Source: Patescibacteria group bacterium (lineage in GTDB: Bacteria; Patescibacteriota; Minisyncoccia; UBA6257; JAAZHW01). From it: a stretch of DNA of 64,000 bases. The position numbers and the translations under genes were made by a program. Shown here one piece after another: positions 10,611 through 19,159 of the stretch. The notes under the pieces are model-generated. The model was not told the DNA's origin. It did no database searches and worked only from the letters and a program-made list of their open reading frames with translations. The stretch lies in assembly GCA_026415775.1 (NCBI GenBank), contig JAOAGL010000001.1, forward strand, positions 6,282 to 70,281, written 5' to 3'. Every line of letters starts with the position of its first letter. Positions within the stretch are counted from its first letter, which is position 1.

Positions 10611-11219
10611 TTAAAATTTAGTTAATTCTGCTATAATACCCCTACAATATTCTTTTTTGATACATTCAAATAATCTTTGAATTTTATAAGCTAGCGATTG
10701 ATTATTATTTTCAAAATAAAAAAATAAATATCCTTCAACTTTATCTCCACAATAATTATTCAATAGATTTTGAAGTGTGACTATATCGAATAATAACACG
10801 TGATTTTTATCGTTTTTAACAAATTTACCAAAAATTGCATCTTTTAAAAAAATTGGGGCATAAGCATTAGGAGTGGTAATAATGATCTTTCCTCCGCTTT
10901 TTAAATGGATGAGGGTATTACAAATTAATTTACCAATATTCCAAACATGTTCAATAAGCTCCCCTATAATTATTATGTCAAAAAATTCAAAAAATTCATC
11001 TGTATAAAAATCTTCGGCGTTAGCTTTGATATAATTTAGTAAATTAGCATCAAAAATATCTAAACCATAGGTCACTTGGGCAACTTTTGATATTTTATTA
11101 TGAAAAGTTGCCTTTCTATCCGCTCCCAAGCAGCCTAAATGCAAAACTCTTTTATTTTTGCATAATTCAATTATATATTCTTCTCTTTCTACTTTTTTAT
11201 TTAGAAAATTGATTGCCAT
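10611..11219 (-). CDS. Class I SAM-dependent methyltransferase
   Basis: 202 aa. RVLHLGCLG motif I-like, IIIGELIEHV and LKSGGKIIITTPN methyltransferase core. Confidence 0.55.
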   Translation of the reverse strand: MAINFLNKKVEREEYIIELCKNKRVLHLGCLGADRKATFHNKISKVAQVTYGLDIFDANLLNYIKANAEDFYTDEFFEFFDIIIIGELIEHVWNIGKLICNTLIHLKSGGKIIITTPNAYAPIFLKDAIFGKFVKNDKNHVLLFDIVTLQNLLNNYCGDKVEGYLFFYFENNNQSLAYKIQRLFECIKKEYCRGIIAELTKF

Positions 11220-11220
11220 A

Positions 11221-12375
11221 TTATACCCCCATTATTTCTTTAAATCTTTGGTGCCATAAATTAGAAGAAAATTTTTTCTCAAATAATTCAATGCTATTTC
11301 TCTGCCATATTTTATATATACCCAAAGAATCATTTATAGCATTTTTAAGATCATTATATAAATTTTCATAAAATTCTTTATTGGCTAAATATCTTTCAAA
11401 AAAGTCCCTATTATTCATTTTTACACAATTAACTATCTGCTGATTGTTAATAATCTCGGGCGTCAAAATAGGATGTTTTAGTAATTTCCCATTATAATCA
11501 TTTATTACCATTTCGGGTACGGCATAATTATTTACTGCTATAATTCCCATCCCAAATGAAAGTGCTTCTAACAAAACAACACCAAACGATTCATAAAAAG
11601 AAGGGAGTATTAATATATCCATCTTAGGATAAATTTCACAAAATAATTTTTCGCGCGACTGAGTAGGTAAAAATATTATTCTTTTATCAAGCCTGTATTT
11701 ATTTTTAATTACTTCATCGATATCTGAAATTAAAGTCAATCTAATACTATCATTCTTAATATCATGAAAGGCTTCTAAGAGTTCTATTACTCCTTTAAGT
11801 CGATAATTTAAACCTACAAAAATAAAGTTTATAATGGAGTCATTTCTAGTATTTCGTTGGTAATTTGACTCCATATAAGGATATAAAATTGAGATTTTCC
11901 CTAATAAGTTATTGTCAAATTCTTCTAGTAGATGATTTTTGCATGCTTCTGATAAGCAAACTATTTTATAAGCTTTATCAATTAATTTTTTTAGCTTGTT
12001 TTTGTTTTTATAAAAATTCCAATAAGAATAATAGGTTAAAACGTAAGGATTATCTAATTCTATAATAAAATTTTTATTACTGCATCGAGGAAATGCGCCC
12101 CACATATAAACTAAATCGGCATTATACGAGGAACTCCTATCCACATTTTGTTTATGAATTAATATATTACTTAAGTAATATATTATCTGCGATTTTAAAT
12201 AAACAACTATCCGAGATAATTTGCTATTTTTTTTATTACTATTTTTACTATTTTTTGCACAAGGCAATAAATTGTTGACACGATTTAACACATTGCAATC
12301 TTGTTGTGCTGCTTTAATAGTATCTATCATTCTGGGCCGAGCATTATTTCTTAAGTTAAAATAGATTTTTTTCAT
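11221..12375 (-). CDS. Glycosyltransferase family 4
   Basis: 384 aa. ILILPSFYESFGVVLLEALSFGMGIIAVNN is a GT4 signature. Confidence 0.75.
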   Translation of the reverse strand: MKKIYFNLRNNARPRMIDTIKAAQQDCNVLNRVNNLLPCAKNSKNSNKKNSKLSRIVVYLKSQIIYYLSNILIHKQNVDRSSSYNADLVYMWGAFPRCSNKNFIIELDNPYVLTYYSYWNFYKNKNKLKKLIDKAYKIVCLSEACKNHLLEEFDNNLLGKISILYPYMESNYQRNTRNDSIINFIFVGLNYRLKGVIELLEAFHDIKNDSIRLTLISDIDEVIKNKYRLDKRIIFLPTQSREKLFCEIYPKMDILILPSFYESFGVVLLEALSFGMGIIAVNNYAVPEMVINDYNGKLLKHPILTPEIINNQQIVNCVKMNNRDFFERYLANKEFYENLYNDLKNAINDSLGIYKIWQRNSIELFEKKFSSNLWHQRFKEIMGV

Positions 12376-12449
12376 TATGATGTTTTTAAAAATAATTTTA
12401 ATAAGATTATATAATAAAGGAATTTTTACTATTTTATACTTTCATATAT

Positions 12450-13694
12450 CTATTGCTTCTTGCTCAATAATATAATTAACAACCCAGCATTAACTGCTTG
12501 TGCTATAATACTCGTCAATGCGGCGGCGAACATGCCGAAGCGAGGAATTAAAATGAGATTAAGAACTAAATTAAGTATAGCACAAAAAGCGGTTAAAGCA
12601 AAATTAAGCCATTGTTTATTGTAAGCAATATAAAGATAGCTTAAATAAACTGAAGGAAAAGTGAAAACTACTATCCACCCCAAAAATTGCGCTAAACCAA
12701 TTGAGGGCTGATATTGTTTTCCAACGAAAAATGGAAGAATTGGCGAAAAAATAAAAATTAGTAAAGCAATTAAAAATCCCAGACCAGTTAATCCAATTAA
12801 AGCCTTTTTTGTTATTTTTTTGATTTTTTCTTTGTCATTGATATTAGCAGCAAGATAAGGGAAAAGGGCGGTTATTATCAAAAATGGAAGAACATTAATC
12901 AAAAGAATACCCTTGGCAATCAAAGAATAATAACCAACTTCCTCTACTCCTCGCATCTTACCCAAAATAATTTGATCAGTGGAAAAGAAAATAAAATTAA
13001 GCAAGCCAAAAAGAGCAATTGGGAAACCATTAATTAATAATTTTTTTAATAATTCTTTATCAAATGTCGGTTTAAAATATGATTTGAAGTTTTTAATCAC
13101 CAATAAAGCGGTTGCAAAACTAAGCAAAACGCCAATTAAATAACCAATACTTAAAGAAATAACATTGCGATTAATTAAAATTAAAAAGATGCTAAAAGCC
13201 ATCACAAAAAATCCTTCAGCAAAAACAATTAAAAATTCTTTTTCCATCTTTTGAATGGCGCGCAAAAAAGCCACAAAAGTTTCTTTTATGTTAGAGACAA
13301 AAAGATAAAGCGAAAGCACTATAAAATTGAGACGAAAAGCGGGATTTTCGAATACAAAAAGACCAATTAAAGCCGCAATTAGACATATGCTTACGGTAAT
13401 AATCCGAAACATAAAAGCGGCTTTTGTATAGCATTCTTTTTCTTCTATCTGCTGATAATCGCGAATTAGTAAAGTATTAACACCCCAATCAGCAAAAAGA
13501 AAAAAGAGGGTGGCAATTGATAAAATATAATTAAAAGTGCCAAAACCATTTGGTCCCAAAACACGAGCAGAAACTAAAACCAGAATCAATTTAAAAAAAC
13601 GGCTCAGCGCTTGGCTCAATAAAAGCCAAAAACTATTTTTGAAAAAAGTTTGTTTGGGTGAAAGATTATTAAAAAGTAAGTTTTCTAAATCCAT
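12450..13694 (-). CDS. Oligosaccharide/polysaccharide flippase (Wzx-like, MOP superfamily)
   Basis: 414 aa with about 12 predicted TM helices. Adjacent to the glycosyltransferases. Composition is typical of Wzx flippases. Confidence 0.65.
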   Translation of the reverse strand: MDLENLLFNNLSPKQTFFKNSFWLLLSQALSRFFKLILVLVSARVLGPNGFGTFNYILSIATLFFLFADWGVNTLLIRDYQQIEEKECYTKAAFMFRIITVSICLIAALIGLFVFENPAFRLNFIVLSLYLFVSNIKETFVAFLRAIQKMEKEFLIVFAEGFFVMAFSIFLILINRNVISLSIGYLIGVLLSFATALLVIKNFKSYFKPTFDKELLKKLLINGFPIALFGLLNFIFFSTDQIILGKMRGVEEVGYYSLIAKGILLINVLPFLIITALFPYLAANINDKEKIKKITKKALIGLTGLGFLIALLIFIFSPILPFFVGKQYQPSIGLAQFLGWIVVFTFPSVYLSYLYIAYNKQWLNFALTAFCAILNLVLNLILIPRFGMFAAALTSIIAQAVNAGLLIILLSKKQ

Positions 13695-13697
13695 AAA

Positions 13698-14276
13698 TTA
13701 AGAGTTTTTCGCTTTTTCTACCCTCTCCACATATTCGCCTGATTCTGTATTTACCCGAATAATATCGCCTTCATTAATAAATAATGGTGCGGCAATCTTG
13801 GCTCCTGTTTCAATGGTTACAATTTTAGTTCCCCCTTGAGCTGTATCACCTTTAATTCCTGGCGGTGCTTCCACAACCTTAAAATCCATTTTAATCGGCA
13901 ATTCAATATTTATAATTTTTCCATTAAACTTAAAAGCTTCTATTGGTACGCCAGCTTTCAAAAAATTTTTATTTTCTCCCAAAACCGCTTCATCTAATTG
14001 AAATCTTTTAGAGCGGTCGCCTGCTTCACAGAACCAATATTCACCTCGATGATGATATAAAAATTCTACAGTTAAACGCTCCAATTCTGCCTCTTCAAAT
14101 TCTTCTGAATGCTGAATGTTTCTATCAATTACTTTGCCGTTAATTAAATTTTTAAGCCGTGTTTGAAGCACGGGTTTTCTTTGTTGCATCTTCAAAAAAT
14201 TAGCGCTCAAAACCTCATACGGCTCATCATCAATGATAATAATTGTTTTTGGTTTTAAATCATTAATTCCTAACAT
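13698..14276 (-). CDS. efp: Elongation factor P
   Basis: 192 aa. KGDTAQGGTKIVTIETGAKI... OB-fold signature of EF-P. Confidence 0.85.
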   Translation of the reverse strand: MLGINDLKPKTIIIIDDEPYEVLSANFLKMQQRKPVLQTRLKNLINGKVIDRNIQHSEEFEEAELERLTVEFLYHHRGEYWFCEAGDRSKRFQLDEAVLGENKNFLKAGVPIEAFKFNGKIINIELPIKMDFKVVEAPPGIKGDTAQGGTKIVTIETGAKIAAPLFINEGDIIRVNTESGEYVERVEKAKNS

Positions 14277-14320
14277 AATGAATTATCTTAAAAAAATATT
14301 CAGTTGCTGTCAATAAAAAT

Positions 14321-14551
14321 TTAAATGTTTGTTATGTCGAAAATTTTTTGCTTGCTTTTTGCTCCTTTGATTAAATTAATACGGGAAGGTGCGATATTTA
14401 AAAATTCTGCTAATATTGTAATAACCGCCTCATTAGCTTTGTTTTCTTTAGCTGGCGCTGTAGTAAAAATTTCAAATTGATTATCAGCGATTTTTTTAAT
14501 TTTATTTATGGAAGCATTGGGTTTAACTTTAACGCTAATTTTCATAAACAA
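14321..14551 (-). CDS. DUF167/YggU-family small protein
   Basis: 76 aa. ISVKVKPNAS...IKGAKSKQKIF pattern matches the YggU family. Confidence 0.55.
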   Translation of the reverse strand: MFMKISVKVKPNASINKIKKIADNQFEIFTTAPAKENKANEAVITILAEFLNIAPSRINLIKGAKSKQKIFDITNI

Positions 14552-14552
14552 A

Positions 14553-16214
14553 CTATTTTTCGTCTTCTTTTCTTTCCTCTTTCTGACTCAATTTAGAAAG
14601 AGATTCACGTAAAGCTTTTTTCAATTCATCAACATTTACTTGTGCTTTTGGTTTTTCAGTTCCTTTTTTTTCTATTAATTTTTTGCCACTGCTTTCGAAA
14701 ATATTCTTAACGATTTTGGTTTCTAAACGAAGGGGTTTTGTTGGTGGGATAATTTCGCCTTTTTCTACACCCTCTAAACAAACTTTGCAGAAAACTGGTC
14801 TTTTGCCATCAGGTTGAAAAGGCACTTCTGTCTGCGCGCCACACACCCAACAAAAATCCATATAAGTTTTTTTCTTTTTTTCTTTTTTAACTTCTACAAC
14901 TTCCTGATTATTTTCCTCAGCGCCTTCCAACCATTCAGCGCTAATCTGCCTTTCAACTTCAATTCGTGGTTGACAATAAATCTTTCTTGTATTTTCAATA
15001 ATTTGTTGCTTAAAACTAATTTCGGGTTTTATTCGCGGCGGCAAAGTAACTGCCGAAAAAGCTTTTGATGTTATTCCATCAATCATCAATTTGAGATAAA
15101 TATTATATTTAGGCAAATTTACCAAGTCCGTTGCAGTGAATTCAGGCGCAAATTCTTTTTCTAACCATTCTGCATCTTCAGCGCCAACTCGAAAAACAAC
15201 AAAAGTACCCACATTACCAAAAATGGCTTCTTTAACGGATTCGGGCAATTGCCCAATATACTGATGAGAAATAATCAAAGATAAATGATACTTGCGAGCT
15301 TCAGATAAAATATTAGTGAAAGATTCTGTAGCAAAAGTCTGAAATTCATCAACATACAAAAAGAAATCTGGACGTTCTTCTGGTGGCACATCGGCACGAC
15401 TCATAGCCGCTTGTTGAATGCGCGTCACCATCATTGCGCCTAACAAAGCTGAATTGACTTCTCCAATGCGACCCTTGGATAAATTCACAATCAAAATTTT
15501 TCCCTCATCCATTATTTTCCTGATATTAAAAGATGATTTCGGCTGGCCAACGATATTTCTTACCAGGGGATTAGTAAGAAATTGGCCGACTTTATTTTGA
15601 ATAGGAGCAATTGCTTCTACTTGAAATTTTTCATGATAACGCGCGAATTCATTAACCCAGAAATTTTTCACCACTGGATCTTTCAAACCGGAAACAATAT
15701 AATCGCGATATTTTTTATCAGTTAATAAACGCATTATGCCCAAAAGCGTTGAATTGGGATATTCAAGAAGTGCCATCAAACAATTATTTAAGATATACTC
15801 CATTCTGGCGCTCCAAACATCTGGCCAGATTTTTTTAAAAATCTCCAAAATCCCGCTCGCTACCAAATGCCTCTGTTCCTCGCCTACTGATTCCAAAGGA
15901 TTAAAAGCAATGGGATAATCAGTATCGTGCGGGCAAAAATAAATAACATCTTCAAGGCGCTTCTCTGGTATATGCTCAAGTAATTCTTCGGCTGATTCGC
16001 CATGAGGATCAATAAAGGCCAAACCAAAGCCTGATTCAATATCGGAAATAGCCATATTAGTCAGCATAACCGTTTTACCCATACCTGTCTTACCAATCGC
16101 ATACATATGCTTTCGGCGGTCATCTAACTTAATACCAAATTTCACTTTTTGGTTTCGAAAATTCGTTTCAGCAAAAAAATTGATATTTTCCTCACTATAT
16201 TTTGCCTTTGCCAT
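14553..16214 (-). CDS. P-loop ATPase of the TraG/VirD4/TraD-like (DUF87/TraM-recognition) family, with C-terminal zinc ribbon
   Basis: 553 aa. Walker A GKTGMGKT, Walker B FLYVDEFQ, ARKYHLSLIISHQ (TraG-D_C-like), and C-terminal CWVCG...CKVC. Confidence 0.5.
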   Translation of the reverse strand: MAKAKYSEENINFFAETNFRNQKVKFGIKLDDRRKHMYAIGKTGMGKTVMLTNMAISDIESGFGLAFIDPHGESAEELLEHIPEKRLEDVIYFCPHDTDYPIAFNPLESVGEEQRHLVASGILEIFKKIWPDVWSARMEYILNNCLMALLEYPNSTLLGIMRLLTDKKYRDYIVSGLKDPVVKNFWVNEFARYHEKFQVEAIAPIQNKVGQFLTNPLVRNIVGQPKSSFNIRKIMDEGKILIVNLSKGRIGEVNSALLGAMMVTRIQQAAMSRADVPPEERPDFFLYVDEFQTFATESFTNILSEARKYHLSLIISHQYIGQLPESVKEAIFGNVGTFVVFRVGAEDAEWLEKEFAPEFTATDLVNLPKYNIYLKLMIDGITSKAFSAVTLPPRIKPEISFKQQIIENTRKIYCQPRIEVERQISAEWLEGAEENNQEVVEVKKEKKKKTYMDFCWVCGAQTEVPFQPDGKRPVFCKVCLEGVEKGEIIPPTKPLRLETKIVKNIFESSGKKLIEKKGTEKPKAQVNVDELKKALRESLSKLSQKEERKEDEK

Positions 16215-16282
16215 ATTTCTTTTTTATTGTACTTTAAAATAATGAAAAAGACAAATAGAATTTAAAATTATAAAAAAATGAA

Positions 16283-16310
16283 AAAGGGCCCAAAGGCCCC
16301 TTATTTTAAA
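16283..16310 (-). terminator. Rho-independent terminator downstream of the Cys-rich peptide gene
   Basis: On the minus strand, GGGCC-TTTG-GGCCC hairpin followed by TTTTTCATTTTTT. Confidence 0.7.
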
Positions 16311-16314
16311 ATAA

Positions 16315-16491
16315 TTAATAACTATTTGGTGGGTATTCTCCGCAGCTATCGGTATCACCACAGCATCCATCTTGATTGTCAGGAATGTCTTCTTCGCAGG
16401 AACTACCTACTTCATAATTTGATTTTATAAAAACAATTTTATCAATTGCATAGGATTCTAATTCTTCAAGGGTAATTATGTTCTCAGGCAT
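16315..16491 (-). CDS. Small Cys/Asp-rich peptide (candidate RiPP precursor)
   Basis: ORF-track 64 aa. The likely start is the second Met, because AGGAGGTG sits 6 nt upstream of ATGCCTGAG, giving MPENIITLEELESYAIDKIVFIKSNYEVGSS-CEEDIPDNQDGCCGDTDSCGEYPPNSY. The leader-like N-terminal half is followed by an acidic C-terminal segment with 4 Cys. Confidence 0.55.
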   Translation of the reverse strand: MPENIITLEELESYAIDKIVFIKSNYEVGSSCEEDIPDNQDGCCGDTDSCGEYPPNSY

Positions 16492-16625
16492 TTTCTCACC
16501 TCCTTTCATTTAAATTAACATGCTACTATTATAGTAATTATTTAAAAAAATAAGTCAATAATCAATAAAAAAACATTTGCTCTTTGCATTTATCTTAAGG
16601 TAAAATAAAGATATATAAGAAATAT

Positions 16626-17747
16626 ATGAGAAAAAATAACAAAAAAGAGGGGTTTTATCTCAAATTTATCATTAATAAATGGGCTAATTTCTTCTTTTTT
16701 ATTGATAATTTAGCTTTCCCCATTGATACAATGCATAAAGAGTATAACTCGCAGTGGTTAAATGAGTATGAATTAACAACAAAAGAAAAGACTGCTTTAG
16801 AAAAATATCGTCAATTTAAATACTTACTCTTTCGACAAGGCGGACGAAAATTATTTGATGATATAACAGCCATTTTCTATCAAAACACCAACTCAATAAC
16901 AAAAAGAAAAAAAGAATTATCAAGTTTTTTAAATAAAAAACAAATCAATGATTTAGAAAAAATCTTTTTTGTTTTTAAAAAACGTTTTAATAAAATATGG
17001 AGAAAGAATTTGCCTATTTTAAGTAATAATTTACAAAACATCCAAATTCATTATCAAAAAAAAGAAAAAGATTTTTTATTGGCTTTTGAACTCATTAAAA
17101 ACTTTTACCAAAATTCATCAGATAAATATTCGACTGAAATTTTTCTAATAATACGTCCTTTTGAGGGTTTTGTAGGTGGACGTGTTATTAGCAAATCACC
17201 CCACTCAAAAATATTAATCGAAAGCGGCAAAATTGGTAAAAAAAACAAAAAAATAATATGGAATCATTTCTGGTTACTATTATTGCATGAATTATGCCAT
17301 CTTTTTTTCGAAACAGAAATTTTTCAACAAAAATTAAATGATTTTCTAAAAAACAAGGAGGAGTTGAAACAATTTTTAGTTACTTATCCATCAACAAAAA
17401 CCGCCTATTGGGCAACACGACGTGTAATGCGCGAAATGATTATTAATAGCGTAGTCTTAAGCAGCAAAATAAAAAGAATTTTTGATAAAAATTATAGATT
17501 TAATAAAAAATTGGTTCTTTTGCGTATAAAAAATTGGTTAGAAAAAACCTCTTCAAATCCTAATGATTGGGGGGATATAATTCTTAAAGAAGGTGGGGTT
17601 TTTAAAGATTATATAATTATCAAAATAGATAAATATATAAATAAATATCTAGGAATAAAAGAATTGGACAATAAATTGTTAAATAAATTATATGAGATTC
17701 TCTATTATTTTCCTAAAAACTTATTGGAAGAGCTTTCCAAAAAATAA
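16626..17747 (+). CDS. Hypothetical protein with HExxH zinc-metallopeptidase-like motif
   Basis: 373 aa. LLLHELCHLFFE (HExxH...E). Otherwise no family recognised. Diverges from the peptide gene. Confidence 0.45.
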   Translation: MRKNNKKEGFYLKFIINKWANFFFFIDNLAFPIDTMHKEYNSQWLNEYELTTKEKTALEKYRQFKYLLFRQGGRKLFDDITAIFYQNTNSITKRKKELSSFLNKKQINDLEKIFFVFKKRFNKIWRKNLPILSNNLQNIQIHYQKKEKDFLLAFELIKNFYQNSSDKYSTEIFLIIRPFEGFVGGRVISKSPHSKILIESGKIGKKNKKIIWNHFWLLLLHELCHLFFETEIFQQKLNDFLKNKEELKQFLVTYPSTKTAYWATRRVMREMIINSVVLSSKIKRIFDKNYRFNKKLVLLRIKNWLEKTSSNPNDWGDIILKEGGVFKDYIIIKIDKYINKYLGIKELDNKLLNKLYEILYYFPKNLLEELSKK

Positions 17748-17756
17748 AAAGAGGAG

Positions 17757-19037
17757 TTAAAAATACTCCTCTTTTTTATTTAGCAAAAATTTTAGCATTT
17801 CTTTAGTGGCAATTTGAATATCCTCACATCTATAACTGGGTTTTCTCCAAAAATTATAGCCATATAACAATGCCTTATTAGCCGGGCAATCTCCTGCGCA
17901 ACTATATCGAGCAAAACAATTTTTACATTGAGGTATACTATCTATTGTCAATTTTTTCAAAAAATTATATTTTTTACTATCAAATATAAATGATTTCTTG
18001 TCGAAATTAAAATCACCAAAATGAAAAACATCGCCCATACTCCCATTTTCAATCATTCTATGACAAGCAAAAATTCGATTATCATAAGTAACCATAAAAT
18101 TTTTCCCTGCCACACCACAAAAAGAATATCTTCTGTCTTTGTCCAATTTTAAAACCGAAGTTCGTATTCTTGAATTAAATTTTCTACCAATTTCTACACT
18201 TTCCAAAAATTTTGTAAAAAAATCTCTTGGATTAGGTGAACTAGCAAAAAGACACTTTGAATCATTTACTGAAAAAACTGGCTCATACAATTGAAAACAT
18301 CCAGGAAAATTATTAGCTAAAAAAGAAACGATATCCGGCAAGTATCTTACACTAAAAGCTGAAATAGTAATACGAAAACTTAATTTTTTAAAATCTTCTT
18401 CATAAATTCTTTTAGCATTCTCAAAAATTATATTAAAAGTTTTACCTCTCTGTTTATTGTGTATCCAAGCCGGACCATCTAAAGAAATTAGGATTTTATC
18501 TATATTTTTACAAAGCCATTCTGCTTTCTTCTTATCAAAAAATCCATTCGTTGTCATATTTATAATACCTCGAGTATTATTCTTTAAAATTTGGTCTCTT
18601 GCGTAAGTGGTTATTCTAACTAGAGTTTCCCACGCCAATGTTGGTTCTCCACCGAATAAATCAATTCTGACTTTAGAATATTTTTTTGATTGGGCATTTC
18701 TCAAAATATAATTTATAGCAGCATAAGCAGTTTCCAACGGAATTACTGCAGAATTTTTTTTATCAAATCCACCGTAATTCCCAAAACAATAAGTACAATT
18801 TAAATTGCAAGCATTTGTTAAGAGTAAAACTGCATTTGTAAAACAATAATCTGAATTTTCAAAATCAAAATGATTCCTCGCCTTGTCTTCAATAGCAACA
18901 AAATCAGGTATTTCCCTTGCTGATTTCGAATTAGCTACATAAAAAATTTCTGACAATTCAGGGATATAAATAATTATTTTTTCTCCATCGGGAATTTTAA
19001 AAACCCTTACAATTTCTTTATTGTCTTTATTATTCAT
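17757..19037 (-). CDS. Radical SAM / SPASM-domain peptide-modifying enzyme (anSME-like maturase)
   Basis: 426 aa. CNLNCTYCF (CxxxCxxC) at about residue 77, GGEPTL, and C-terminal CKNCFARYSCAGDCPANK SPASM auxiliary-cluster motif. A 70-aa N-terminal extension could be an RRE-like domain. Confidence 0.75.
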   Translation of the reverse strand: MNNKDNKEIVRVFKIPDGEKIIIYIPELSEIFYVANSKSAREIPDFVAIEDKARNHFDFENSDYCFTNAVLLLTNACNLNCTYCFGNYGGFDKKNSAVIPLETAYAAINYILRNAQSKKYSKVRIDLFGGEPTLAWETLVRITTYARDQILKNNTRGIINMTTNGFFDKKKAEWLCKNIDKILISLDGPAWIHNKQRGKTFNIIFENAKRIYEEDFKKLSFRITISAFSVRYLPDIVSFLANNFPGCFQLYEPVFSVNDSKCLFASSPNPRDFFTKFLESVEIGRKFNSRIRTSVLKLDKDRRYSFCGVAGKNFMVTYDNRIFACHRMIENGSMGDVFHFGDFNFDKKSFIFDSKKYNFLKKLTIDSIPQCKNCFARYSCAGDCPANKALLYGYNFWRKPSYRCEDIQIATKEMLKFLLNKKEEYF

Positions 19038-19159
19038 AATTACCTCCTTTTTTTGATTTTTTAATTTTCTAAATATAGAATAGAATATATTTTTAATTTG
19101 TCAACTTATGAAATTATACCTTGTTTAATCTGATTTTTTATAGTAAAATCCATTATTGT

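Noticed and set aside
19121-19159. N-terminal extension of the valS ORF (MFNLIFYSKIHYC...)
   Set aside because: No RBS is present. A better start (ATG with AGGAAAT spacing) lies at 19160-19169, matching where ValRS homology begins.
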